Program-made: the position numbers and the translations under genes
Origin: Desulfonatronovibrionaceae bacterium
Lineage (GTDB): Bacteria > Desulfobacterota > Desulfovibrionia > Desulfovibrionales > Desulfonatronovibrionaceae
DNA: 63,612 bases
Reading direction: 5' to 3'
NCBI GenBank assembly: GCA_046539845.1
Contig: JBKHGE010000003.1
Coordinates: 62,001-125,612, forward strand
The notes under the pieces: model-generated
Database searches by the model: none
Told to the model about the DNA's origin: nothing
Seen by the model: only the letters and a program-made list of their open reading frames with translations
Part shown: in pieces, positions 39,033-48,657 of the stretch
How positions within the stretch are numbered: position 1 is the stretch's first letter
How the letters are laid out: every line of letters starts with the position of its first letter

Positions 39033-40112
39033 CTACTCCATGTACCGGTTTATGCGGGAGTAATCAAAGACATCCTCCTGCAGGACGTTTTCGGCAAACC
39101 GGAAAAGGCCTTCCCGGACCGCATCGGAATGCCTCGGATACCACACCGGCGAGGCTATGACCAAGGCGCGAAATACATAAAAAGGGGCAATCACTTCAAG
39201 GATTTCCCTATCTGCCGTGAGCTTCAGATATTCCTCCCACATAACCCGGTACAGCCGCTCGAAGTCTCCGGTCAGGCGGGGGGAGTCATACAAACTGTAC
39301 AACAGATAGTTGCAGGTCATGGTGCTCAGGTCATCGCCGGGCTCGCCCCACTCCCCGCGGCTGCAGTCCAAAACCGAGAAATCATCCGCAGAGCGCACGA
39401 GCACGTTCCAGGGGTGGAAATCCCCGTGCACTGCGCTCAGGCGGTGGACATACCCCCGCAGTCTCCACCTCCAGTCAATAAGTAATTTTTCCAGCCTGAT
39501 ACAACGCTCCGGGGGGAAAAGAGAATACGGATGAGGGTAGTTGTCAATGATCCCCCAGATACATTCGGAATCGCCTATAAGCTGGCGGATCCTTCGCCGG
39601 TACAGGTCAGGGGCCTCTTTTTTCCTGCTGTGCATACCGGCCAGCCAGCGGGAGAAATTTTTGGTCAGCTCCTCATCTCCGGGCTGCAGCCCGGAGCTTT
39701 TTATCCGCTCCAGATCCTGGAAATAGTCATATCCCTCCACCTTCTCGTGGACTATGAAGAACTCCCGCGGCTCCCGAACCGGGATGAGCCGCCCCTTTTG
39801 ATCCATATAGCCCAGGGCAAGGGGCCGGACATGCCTGTCTATCCGGCTCCCGGTCTCGTACTGGAACATAAGTACGGCCGCCCGGTCCCAGTAGAACTGA
39901 TGCCCGAAGGAGTCCCCGCGCATCATGGACAAAACCGCGTGTTTCTCCTTCCCCTCCTCCCTGTACGTGACCTGGAGTGGCTTGCCGTAGCCGAAATCCT
40001 TCATTCCCTGTTCGTCCAGGGAGCCGATTTTGCCGGCCGCGACAACCTCAGTACCGGGATGAAAGGCCCTTTGCAAAAACTCTTGTATGCTGTCCAGGCT
40101 GAGTTCATTCAT
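39033..40112 (-). CDS. Aminoglycoside-phosphotransferase-like (APH/choline kinase fold) protein
   Basis: VHGDFHPWNVL catalytic loop and LDCSRG..G.P.DD; GGAGG RBS before ATG 40112. Confidence 0.85.
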   Translation of the reverse strand: MNELSLDSIQEFLQRAFHPGTEVVAAGKIGSLDEQGMKDFGYGKPLQVTYREEGKEKHAVLSMMRGDSFGHQFYWDRAAVLMFQYETGSRIDRHVRPLALGYMDQKGRLIPVREPREFFIVHEKVEGYDYFQDLERIKSSGLQPGDEELTKNFSRWLAGMHSRKKEAPDLYRRRIRQLIGDSECIWGIIDNYPHPYSLFPPERCIRLEKLLIDWRWRLRGYVHRLSAVHGDFHPWNVLVRSADDFSVLDCSRGEWGEPGDDLSTMTCNYLLYSLYDSPRLTGDFERLYRVMWEEYLKLTADREILEVIAPFYVFRALVIASPVWYPRHSDAVREGLFRFAENVLQEDVFDYSRINRYME

Positions 40113-40395
40113 TGCCCTGACCTCCCTGCTTAATTCCCCTCCCGCTGCTCCTGGCCTAAAGGTGCCACGTCCGGGTATGAGCGTCAATGCACACCCCACC
40201 AAGGCAAACCCCTCGGGGAAAACGGTTTACAACCGCGGGGCTTCCGGCTATGCACAGCCCCGGAGGCGGTAGACCGGGGCATTCAGGACCCTGTTAACCC
40301 CCTTTCCTTGTTTTCGGGCTCGGTCCGGTTGAGCCCGGATACGGGAGAATGTCCAATTAGAGACCTAAGACAGCAGAAAAAACCTGGATATCCCT

Positions 40396-41463
40396 ATGAC
40401 CAAAATATCCAAGAGACTTTTTTCCGGTTTGTTTATAGCCTTTCTTATGCTTCTTTTTTCCGGAAACGCCCCGGCCGGGGCCAAGTCCCGGGTATTTATC
40501 CTGCACAGCTATGAAAAAGGCCATGTCTGCGGCCAGCCGCAGCACGACGGAGTTATGGCCGTACTGCGCGAAAACGGACTGCGCCCCGGGGAGGACATGG
40601 TCCTTGAGACCTTTTATATGGACACGAAACGCAAGAACAACACCCCGCAGCTCATCCGGGAACAGGCCGCAATCGCTCTGGACAAGGTGCAAGACTTTGC
40701 CCCGGATGTATTGATCACCTTGGATGACAACGCCTTCAAACATGTGGGGCTGGAACTTGCGGGCACAGATACACCGGTTATCTTTTCCGGTTTGAACGGT
40801 CAGCCGGATAAATACAACCAGACCCGGAAGTTCATGGATTCCTGGGAACATCCGGGAGGCAACATATCCGGGGTGTATGAGAAGCTGCATATCTCGGATG
40901 CGGCCCGGGTGCACTCCAGGCTTTTTTCCGGGCTAGACAAGCTGCTCATCATTGTGGACCAGTCCCCGACCGGCCGGGCCCTGACCCGGCAGATCGAACT
41001 GGAGATAGAAAACCAGGGTCTGGTCTGCGCCTGGGAGATAAAGAAAGTTGCCTCCTGGGGGGAATACAAACAAACAATACGGGCCGCCGGGTCCTCTTCG
41101 CAGGTGGACGCCATCTACCCGGCCGCCCTCCTGCTAAAAGACGACAACGACCGGACCTACACCGCCCCGGAAATATTCGCCTGGACCCGGGAGCACTCCA
41201 AAAAACCGGAGATAGCGCTCAATTACGAATTCACCCGCATGGGGCTCTTCGGCGGTGCTGCGGTGGATTTCTTTGCCATGGGCAGGCAGGCCGGCGAGAT
41301 GGCCCTCAAGGTCCTGGAAGGGGAGAAGGCCGGCAGTCTGCCCCTGGAAAAGGCCCGCAAATATGCCTTGGCCTTTAACCTGGACCGGGCCGAGGAGCTG
41401 GGCATCCATATCCCGGAAGAGGTTATCCTGGCAGCAGACGAGGTGGTGCGGGACAATGATTAG
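40396..41463 (+). CDS. Periplasmic ABC-type substrate-binding-like protein
   Basis: Signal peptide; ILHSY, FYMDTKR, PD..I..DDNA, P.IFSG.N, G.QAG.MA..VL.G, N...A..LGI.IP. Confidence 0.82.
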   Translation: MTKISKRLFSGLFIAFLMLLFSGNAPAGAKSRVFILHSYEKGHVCGQPQHDGVMAVLRENGLRPGEDMVLETFYMDTKRKNNTPQLIREQAAIALDKVQDFAPDVLITLDDNAFKHVGLELAGTDTPVIFSGLNGQPDKYNQTRKFMDSWEHPGGNISGVYEKLHISDAARVHSRLFSGLDKLLIIVDQSPTGRALTRQIELEIENQGLVCAWEIKKVASWGEYKQTIRAAGSSSQVDAIYPAALLLKDDNDRTYTAPEIFAWTREHSKKPEIALNYEFTRMGLFGGAAVDFFAMGRQAGEMALKVLEGEKAGSLPLEKARKYALAFNLDRAEELGIHIPEEVILAADEVVRDND

Positions 41464-44461
41464 CCGTCCGGCCGGGCCCGATCCCGGGAAAAAGTTCTCC
41501 ACTTTCCTTTCCTGGGCCTTGATCATCCTATCCGCTGTCTCCCTGACCGTGGTCATGGGTATTTTGTATATCATCCTTGGCCGGACCATGACCCGGGAAT
41601 TCTACAATCAACTGGAGGCGGAGCAGACCAAGGTGAGCATGGCCCTGCAGGATCGGTTCAACGAGGTGGAGACTACCCTGCGGGAGATAGCCTCGGACAA
41701 TGTCCTGCGGGTGGGCCTTATGCTGGGCATGAACAGCCAGATAAGCGAAACCCTGCAGGCCAAGTACTCCACGGCCAAAGGGGTCTTGTATTTTGTAAGC
41801 CCGGCCTCGGACCCGGATAAATTCGCTCCAGACCCGCCGCAGGAGATGGGATTCCCGAAAGCCCACCTCAGATCCCTGCCCCGCCTGGACCGGATGCATG
41901 CCCGGAGATTCAAGCCCACCGGGGGCAACAATTTCTTTACCTTTTATTCCGCCCCGATCATGCGCAGGGATAAGCGTCTGGGTACCGCATTCGCGGTCTA
42001 CGACCACTCCAGGGACACCCGTTTCTGGGAACATTTAAGCATCGAAAAAAAGACTTTGCTGTGCATACGCCACCGCGGCGGCGCGGTAGACCTACGGACC
42101 GGAGAGCGCCTGGCTCTCCCTAAATCCACTCTGAACACCGCCGGGGCGGAGCCTGTTTTCCCCGGCCGGTTTATGCCCGGGGACAAGAGCGTGGTCCCTT
42201 TGAAAAGCTTTCCGGACCTTATGTATGTCGCCTCATCTGAACCGCTCAAAAAACGGCATACCTCCCTTTTGATGCTTCTGGCCGGTCTGTTCGGGGCCAT
42301 GCTGTGCCTGGCCTTCGGGGCGTCTGTCCTCATCGCCAGGAAAGTGAGCCGGCCGCTGGCGGACATGGCTGAGCAGGCCCAGGCCATTGCCAGGGAACCC
42401 AGTCACAATTTCCTGCAGGAAAAAAATATCCGCTACCGGGAATTCCGCAAGCTGGCCCGGGCCTTCAACCATGTCCTGGCCGGTCTGCTCCAGGCCCAGG
42501 AGGAACTTCAAACCCAAGCCCAGAAAAGAATTGAGGCCTCGGAGAGCCGCTACCAGAGGGTGGTGGAGACCAGTCCGGCCGGGATATTCTCTGTGGACGG
42601 GCAGGGAAGAATCCTCTTCGCCAACCCCACTCTGGAAGAGATGACCGGCTACAGCGCCGCCGAGCTGACCTCCATGCACTACCACCGCCTCCTGCTCCCG
42701 GAAGACCAAAAGGCCGGCCAAGGTATCCTCCCAGAGCTGGCCGGGCGGGACAGGGGGGAAGAAAGCGATGCCCGGCAGGACGCGGCCCTGGAGACACGGT
42801 GGGTTCGCAGAGACGGACGGATCATCTGGGTGGAGGCCCGTATGGCCCGGGTAGTGGAAGAACATTTGGAGACGGTCCTGATCAACGCCATGGACGTGAC
42901 CGAACGCAAGACCGCGGAGCAGGCCCTGAGGCAGAGCGAACAGAAATACCGTTCGGTCATCAACCAGAGCCATGACTGCATCTATCTTTTGGAGCCGGAG
43001 AGCAAGCAAATAGTCGAGGCCAACCCGGCAATGCTCAATCTCTTGGGCTACACCCGAGACGAACTCCTGCGGCTCCGGGCCTATGACTTCGTGATCCAGG
43101 ACTCGGAAAGCGATATCGACACGAATATACACCAGGTCCTGGAAAACGGGGAACTCTTTCTGGAGGAACGCAGCTTTCGGAAAAAAGACGGGGACAAGGT
43201 CAAGGTCGAGCTCAGCTGCAACCTGATCACCTACAACGGCAAACAGCTCATAAACATCGTCAGTCGGGATCTCTCCGAGCGCAAAAAGATCGAGGAAGAA
43301 CGCCTGAAAAGGCAGAAATTAGAGTCCATAGGGGTTTTGGCCGGAGGGCTGGCTCATGATTTCAACAATCTTTTGACCGGTATAGTGGGCAACATCTCCC
43401 TGGCCCGCAAGTACGCCGGGTCAGACGAAAAACTGACCGCCCCCTTAAAAAAGGCCAAGAACGCCTGCTACAGCGCCCAGGGAATAGCCCAGCAGCTTTT
43501 GACCTTTTCCAAGGGCGGGGTGCCGGTAAAGAGTACGGTCTCCATTTCCAGACTCCTGCAGGAAGCGGTCTCCTTTTCCCTGCACGGATCCAATATAGAC
43601 TGCGAATTCCACCTCCCAGAGGACCTGTGGGACGTGGAGGCGGACCGTACCCAGCTCAGCCAAGTGACAAGCAACCTGGTTATAAACGCCCAGGAAGCCA
43701 TGCCCGAAGGCGGACAAATCCGGATCGAGGCGGAAAACACCGTCCTGGACCCTTCCTCCGGACCGCTTCTGCCGCCGGGCAGATATGTGCATGTCAAAAT
43801 CACGGATCAGGGCAGCGGGATCCAGGAAGAGGTCTTATCCAGAATATTCGACCCCTATTTCACCACCAAAGAGGCCGGCAACGGTCTGGGCTTGGCTATG
43901 GTCTATTCCATAGTGGAAAAACACGGCGGAAATATTAGCGTGGACTCCATACCCGGAGCAGGAAGCACTTTCAGCATCTACCTGCCGGCCGCAAAACCGT
44001 CCCCGCCCGAGCAGCAGACCGGGGAGAATGAACGCCTGCTAACCGGGAAGGGACAAAAGATTCTGGTCATGGATGACGAGGAGATCGTTTTGGACGTGGC
44101 CAGAGAGGCCCTGCAGCAGCTGGGGTATACAGTCTCCCTGGCCAGAAACGGCGAGGAGGCAGTGCAGGCCTACGCCCGGGCCGCGGAATCCGGTGAACCG
44201 TTTGACGCAACAATCCTGGATCTGACCGTGCGCGGCGGGATGGGTGGAGAAAAAGCCGTGCAGAAGCTCCTGGATATCGACCCCGGAGTCCGGGCGGTGG
44301 TCTCCAGCGGATATTCACACGACCCGATAATGGCTTATTATCAAGAATACGGCTTTTGCGGGGTCCTGTCCAAGCCGTACAGGATAGACAATCTGGCCCG
44401 GGTGCTGCAGGATGTCTTGAGCGCCCGGCCAAAACCGGAGGGACCCGGGCATGCCCAATAA
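41456..44461 (+). CDS. Hybrid sensor histidine kinase (2 TM, HAMP, 2 PAS, HisKA, HATPase, REC)
   Basis: AHDFNNLL H-box, NLVINA N-box, D.G.G, FTTK..G.GLGL, ILVMDDE...ILDL receiver; start ATG 41456. Confidence 0.93.
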   Translation: MISRPAGPDPGKKFSTFLSWALIILSAVSLTVVMGILYIILGRTMTREFYNQLEAEQTKVSMALQDRFNEVETTLREIASDNVLRVGLMLGMNSQISETLQAKYSTAKGVLYFVSPASDPDKFAPDPPQEMGFPKAHLRSLPRLDRMHARRFKPTGGNNFFTFYSAPIMRRDKRLGTAFAVYDHSRDTRFWEHLSIEKKTLLCIRHRGGAVDLRTGERLALPKSTLNTAGAEPVFPGRFMPGDKSVVPLKSFPDLMYVASSEPLKKRHTSLLMLLAGLFGAMLCLAFGASVLIARKVSRPLADMAEQAQAIAREPSHNFLQEKNIRYREFRKLARAFNHVLAGLLQAQEELQTQAQKRIEASESRYQRVVETSPAGIFSVDGQGRILFANPTLEEMTGYSAAELTSMHYHRLLLPEDQKAGQGILPELAGRDRGEESDARQDAALETRWVRRDGRIIWVEARMARVVEEHLETVLINAMDVTERKTAEQALRQSEQKYRSVINQSHDCIYLLEPESKQIVEANPAMLNLLGYTRDELLRLRAYDFVIQDSESDIDTNIHQVLENGELFLEERSFRKKDGDKVKVELSCNLITYNGKQLINIVSRDLSERKKIEEERLKRQKLESIGVLAGGLAHDFNNLLTGIVGNISLARKYAGSDEKLTAPLKKAKNACYSAQGIAQQLLTFSKGGVPVKSTVSISRLLQEAVSFSLHGSNIDCEFHLPEDLWDVEADRTQLSQVTSNLVINAQEAMPEGGQIRIEAENTVLDPSSGPLLPPGRYVHVKITDQGSGIQEEVLSRIFDPYFTTKEAGNGLGLAMVYSIVEKHGGNISVDSIPGAGSTFSIYLPAAKPSPPEQQTGENERLLTGKGQKILVMDDEEIVLDVAREALQQLGYTVSLARNGEEAVQAYARAAESGEPFDATILDLTVRGGMGGEKAVQKLLDIDPGVRAVVSSGYSHDPIMAYYQEYGFCGVLSKPYRIDNLARVLQDVLSARPKPEGPGHAQ

Positions 44462-44485
44462 CAAACAAGACAGCGGGGTAGAGAA

Positions 44486-45526
44486 ATGTATATAGTCACC
44501 GGAGGAGCCGGGTTCATCGGGAGCGCCTTTGTCTGGGAGCTAAACCAAAGGGGCATCGAGGATATTCTGATCGTGGACAATCTCGGGCTGGAGGAGAAAT
44601 GGAAGAACCTGACCGGGCTAAAATTCCTGGATTACGAACATCGGGACCAGCTGCCCGGGCTCTTGGAAAGAGACTGCCTCCCAGACCTCAAGGGGATCAT
44701 CCACATGGGGGCCTGCTCCAGGACCACGGAAAAGGACGCCGAGTTCCTCATGGCCAATAATTTCCACTACTCCAGGGTACTGGCCCGGCACTGCGTCCAA
44801 AAAGGCCTCCGCTTCATTTATGCCAGCAGCGCGGCCACCTATGGAGACGGAAGCAAAGGGTTCAATGACCGCCACTCCGGGCTGGCGAACCTTCGGCCCC
44901 TGAACATGTACGGTTATTCCAAGCACCTGTTTGACCTCTGGGCGGCAAGACACGATCTTTTGTCCCGGGTAACCGGGCTCAAATTCTTCAATGTCTACGG
45001 ACCCAACGAATATCATAAAAGAGACATGAAAAGCGTGGTTTGTAAGGCATATCAGCAGATCAAAGAGAGCGGAAAACTCGGGCTGTTTTGCTCTTATCGC
45101 CGGGAATACCCCCACGGCGGACAGATGCGGGACTTCGTCTATATAAAAGACTGCACCCGGGTCATGGCCTGGCTCCTGGAACACCACGAGGTGTGCGGGA
45201 TATACAATCTGGGGACAGGTAGGCCGCGGACATGGAACGATCTGGCCCGGGCCGTGTTTTTGGCCATGGGCAGGGAGCCGGAGATCGAGTATATAGACAT
45301 GCCTGAGACTCTGCGGCCCAAATACCAGTACTATACCCGGGCGGAGATGAATAAGCTGGAGGATACCGGCTGCCCGCTTAAGTTCACTACCCTTGAAGAT
45401 GGGGTGCGGGATTATGTCTGCAATTACCTGCAAACGGAAAATCCTTATCTGGACAGCGAAAACCAGGAAGACATTGGGGATAATGGCGGTATGGCCGCCT
45501 CCCGGAGTTTGGCAGGAGATCCATAG
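44486..45526 (+). CDS. hldD: ADP-L-glycero-D-manno-heptose 6-epimerase
   Basis: TGGAGFIGS, ASSAATYG, PLN.YGYSK, FFNVYGPNE.HK..M.SV, YQ..T.A. Confidence 0.95.
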   Translation: MYIVTGGAGFIGSAFVWELNQRGIEDILIVDNLGLEEKWKNLTGLKFLDYEHRDQLPGLLERDCLPDLKGIIHMGACSRTTEKDAEFLMANNFHYSRVLARHCVQKGLRFIYASSAATYGDGSKGFNDRHSGLANLRPLNMYGYSKHLFDLWAARHDLLSRVTGLKFFNVYGPNEYHKRDMKSVVCKAYQQIKESGKLGLFCSYRREYPHGGQMRDFVYIKDCTRVMAWLLEHHEVCGIYNLGTGRPRTWNDLARAVFLAMGREPEIEYIDMPETLRPKYQYYTRAEMNKLEDTGCPLKFTTLEDGVRDYVCNYLQTENPYLDSENQEDIGDNGGMAASRSLAGDP

Positions 45527-45529
45527 GGC

Positions 45530-45650
45530 AGCGGATGAAATCCGCTTTTGTGGTCTCACTCCCCAGTCATTTTAGTCCCGGCCGGGAATTATAACCCGCC
45601 CCTTAGGCACTCAGAGCTTCTGAGTACCGGACTCATGACGCAATAACCAC
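45530..45650. other. Highly structured intergenic element (terminator-like hairpin plus multi-branch fold)
   Basis: AGCGGAT-gaa-ATCCGCT-TTT, then nested pairings GTGGT/ACCAC, GTCAT/ATGAC and AGTCC/GGACT enclosing two hairpins. Confidence 0.5.
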
Positions 45651-45716
45651 CAAAAAAGAACTTCACGCCTTAAAATTGGTCTGCTTTGTGACTTGGCGGT
45701 TCAATTCTAGGTCTTT

Positions 45717-45956
45717 TTACACAAAATCCGGGTCCACGGCCGCCCGACCGTTGTCCAGAATAAGCCGCATATAGTCTATGGTGGCCTTGTCCACCGGGGT
45801 GATGGCGAACTGTTTGCGGCAGGAGTCGCACCTGGCCATCCCCGGCTCGCTGCTGGCCAGTAACGGCACCTCCCTACCGCAGTTAGGGCAGGGGTACATA
45901 AAGACCAGCTCCATATTTACCGGCTTAACCGGGGCAAAAAACTGCTTTTCAGACAT
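45717..45956 (-). CDS. Small zinc-ribbon hypothetical protein
   Basis: YPCPNCG...RCDSC; start ATG 45956. Confidence 0.75.
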   Translation of the reverse strand: MSEKQFFAPVKPVNMELVFMYPCPNCGREVPLLASSEPGMARCDSCRKQFAITPVDKATIDYMRLILDNGRAAVDPDFV

Positions 45957-46238
45957 ATCTTTTTCCAAGGTCTTGCGAGTCTTTGGGTCCGGAGACAAAA
46001 AAAGGACCGAGAGACTCAATTGAACACGACACCGGGCTGACTGTTGAAAAGTTACTTGTCACCCCGGCGGTTTGAAAACATCCAAGGGACAACCCCAAAA
46101 AAAACCAGGCCTAAGCGCACTGTTCGGGCTTTAGATCATTCCCGACTTATCGCCACCGGAAGGTCCAAGGTACCCAGTAAAAACTTCCCACCTGCCTGGA
46201 TGGCGCCCGGCAGGAAATGCTGCAGCCGGCCTTCCCGG

Positions 46239-47765
46239 CTATTTGATAAGGACCTTTCCGGTCATTTCCCGGGGGCTGTTTAAGCCGGCCAGATAGAGAA
46301 GGGTCGGGGCCACATCCCCGAGAACTCCGCCGGCGGCCAGGGAGGCTTCGCTCCGCCGCGGATAAAGGACCATCGGCACCGGATTCAGGCTGTGCGAGGT
46401 CTTGGGATTGCCTTCCTCGTCCAGCATATCGTCGGCATTGCCGTGATCCGCCGTGATTATCGCCCTCGCCCCGCAGCTGTCCAGGGTCTCCAAGACCCGG
46501 CCCAGGCACTCGTCCACCGCCTCGCAGGCCCGGATCACAGCCCCCATATTCCCGGTGTGGCCCACCATATCCAGATTGGCGAGATTGCAGATATAAAAAT
46601 CATGTGTTTTGGCCCGCAACCGGGAGCAGAGGGTGTCCGCGACCTCGCCTGCACTCATCTCCGGCTTTAAATCATAGGTGGACACCTCCCGCGGGGAGGG
46701 GATCATTATCCTGTCCTCGCCCGGAAATGGCTCTTCCTCCCCGCCGTTGAAAAAATACGTGACATGGGCGTATTTCTCGGTCTCGGCCAAACGCAGCTGC
46801 GAGTACCCGGAGCCGGAGAGAAAACCGCCCAGGATATTCTCCAAATGCTGCTGGGGAAAAAGCACGGGCAGGGGAAAACGCTCATCATACCCGGTCATGG
46901 TCACCACATCCACATCCGGGGGATTCTCTCTCTCGAACTGGGAAAAACCGGGGTCATACAGGGCCCGGGTGAGCTGTCTGGCCCGGTCCGCCCGGAAATT
47001 AAAGAACATAACCGTATCCCCGGACTCTATGTGGACGGGTTCTTCGCCTTCACCGCAGACCACGGTGGGCGGAATAAATTCATCGGTTATCCCCTGGCGG
47101 TAGCAGTCCTCTATGTACTGCACCGCGTCCCGGGCCTCTTCCCCTCTGCCGTGGACCAAGGCATCATAGGCCGCTTTTGTCCTCTCCCAGCGCCTGTCCC
47201 GATCCATGGCGTAGAACCGTCCGCTTAGACTGGCTATCCGGCCGTAACCGCGCTCGGCTGTAAAGTCCTTCAGCCTGCGGATAAACTCCTTTCCGCTGTG
47301 CGGGGAGGTATCCCGGCCGTCCAGGAAGCAATGGACAAAGGCGGAAGGCACTCCTTTTTTGCCGGCGATATCCAAAAGCGCCTCCAGGTGGCGCTGGTGG
47401 CTGTGCACCCCGCCGTCCGAGACTAGACCCAGAAAGTGCAGCCGACCGGTGCATCTTTCCAGACTCGCGTTCAAAACGCGGTTTTTCTCCAGACTGCCTT
47501 TTTCAATGGCCATGTCTATACGCATTATATCCTGATACACCACCCGGCCCGCACCCAGATTGAGGTGCCCGACCTCGGAATTGCCCATCTGTCCCGGGGG
47601 GAGTCCCACCGCCTCACCGCAGGCGGACAAAAGGCTGAAATCCTCGGCCAGCAGGCGGTCCATATTCGGGGTCCTGGCCCGGGAAACCGCATTACCCGGC
47701 CCGGAGGGGGCATACCCCCAGCCGTCCAAGATCAGGAGCAAAAGAGGCGGCTTTCTATTCCCCAT
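46239..47765 (-). CDS. gpmI: 2,3-bisphosphoglycerate-independent phosphoglycerate mutase
   Basis: ILDGWG, GQMGNSEVGH, GRFYAMDRD, NFRADRARQ, ETEKYAHVT, DMVGHTG, TADHGN; start ATG 47765. Confidence 0.98.
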   Translation of the reverse strand: MGNRKPPLLLLILDGWGYAPSGPGNAVSRARTPNMDRLLAEDFSLLSACGEAVGLPPGQMGNSEVGHLNLGAGRVVYQDIMRIDMAIEKGSLEKNRVLNASLERCTGRLHFLGLVSDGGVHSHQRHLEALLDIAGKKGVPSAFVHCFLDGRDTSPHSGKEFIRRLKDFTAERGYGRIASLSGRFYAMDRDRRWERTKAAYDALVHGRGEEARDAVQYIEDCYRQGITDEFIPPTVVCGEGEEPVHIESGDTVMFFNFRADRARQLTRALYDPGFSQFERENPPDVDVVTMTGYDERFPLPVLFPQQHLENILGGFLSGSGYSQLRLAETEKYAHVTYFFNGGEEEPFPGEDRIMIPSPREVSTYDLKPEMSAGEVADTLCSRLRAKTHDFYICNLANLDMVGHTGNMGAVIRACEAVDECLGRVLETLDSCGARAIITADHGNADDMLDEEGNPKTSHSLNPVPMVLYPRRSEASLAAGGVLGDVAPTLLYLAGLNSPREMTGKVLIK

Positions 47766-48144
47766 GTCCGCCTCCGGGGCCAAACTCGACCACTCTGGCC
47801 CGGGACCAGAAGCCCTCCAGATTATAAAAGGATCGGGTATCCTCCAGGAATATATGGACAATCACATCGTTTAGATCTATGAGCACCCAGTCACCGGGAC
47901 GGTACCCCTCCATCCCCAGGTACTCCAGATTGTTGTCTTTGAGCATCTGCAAGAGATTGTCCGCCATGGTCCGGGCCTGGCGGACGTTTCTGGCGGTGAC
48001 CAGGACCACGCCCTCAAAGAAACTGGACATCCTGCTCACATCCAAAAGCCGGATATCCAGTCCCTTTTTGTCCTCCATCCATCGGCCCAAAAGCCGCAGC
48101 TTGTCATCAATCGCTTTTGGCGCTATGGAAACATTTTCGTCCAT
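47755..48144 (-). CDS. rsfS: Ribosome silencing factor RsfS
   Basis: DKKG.DI..LDV, EG.....WVLIDL.DVIVHIF....R.FYNLE.FW. Confidence 0.93.
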   Translation of the reverse strand: MDENVSIAPKAIDDKLRLLGRWMEDKKGLDIRLLDVSRMSSFFEGVVLVTARNVRQARTMADNLLQMLKDNNLEYLGMEGYRPGDWVLIDLNDVIVHIFLEDTRSFYNLEGFWSRARVVEFGPGGGHGE

Positions 48145-48219
48145 TATATCCTTCTCCTTTCGGATTCTGTTTTGCTGGGCAATATGTATAAACCTAATAG
48201 ATTATCCCCGGTAGCGCAA

Positions 48220-48657
48220 ATGAACCGATTCTATCCCGCCATCCATCGCAGACGGCTCTATATCCTGGCCGCCCTGCTCTGGACCGCGGCCGGGGTCCTT
48301 TTGGTGGCCAGAGCCCTTAGTTCTCTCGCTCCGCTTTCAGCCAAGGCTGCCGGACCATTGATCGGGGCCGGAATCGTCCTGGGCGCAGTCGGGTATCTGG
48401 GACCTTTTTCCTCTCTGGCCAGAAAAAATATGCGCCGGATCCGGGAAAAGCCGGACCGATCCTGTGCTTTCGGATTCCAGGCCGGGAAAAGCTATTTCCT
48501 GATAGGAGGCATGATCATTTTGGGACTGGCTTTAAAGAACTCATTTCTGCCTGTAAAATACCTGGCGGTTTTGTACCTGGCCGTGGGCACCGCTCTTTTG
48601 CTCTCCACCCTGCTCTATTATCCGCGCATCTTTGGAGCCGAACATGACGAAAATTAA
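48220..48657 (+). CDS. Hypothetical 4-TM membrane protein
   Basis: Four hydrophobic segments; N.RRI....C.F.FQ..KSY..I..MI pattern. Start ATG 48220. Confidence 0.72.
   Translation: MNRFYPAIHRRRLYILAALLWTAAGVLLVARALSSLAPLSAKAAGPLIGAGIVLGAVGYLGPFSSLARKNMRRIREKPDRSCAFGFQAGKSYFLIGGMIILGLALKNSFLPVKYLAVLYLAVGTALLLSTLLYYPRIFGAEHDEN

Noticed and set aside
45579..45606. GGGCGGGTTATAATTCCCGGCCGG resembling the 5' part of an FMN riboswitch
   Set aside because: The rest of the FMN aptamer is missing and no gene lies downstream in that direction.
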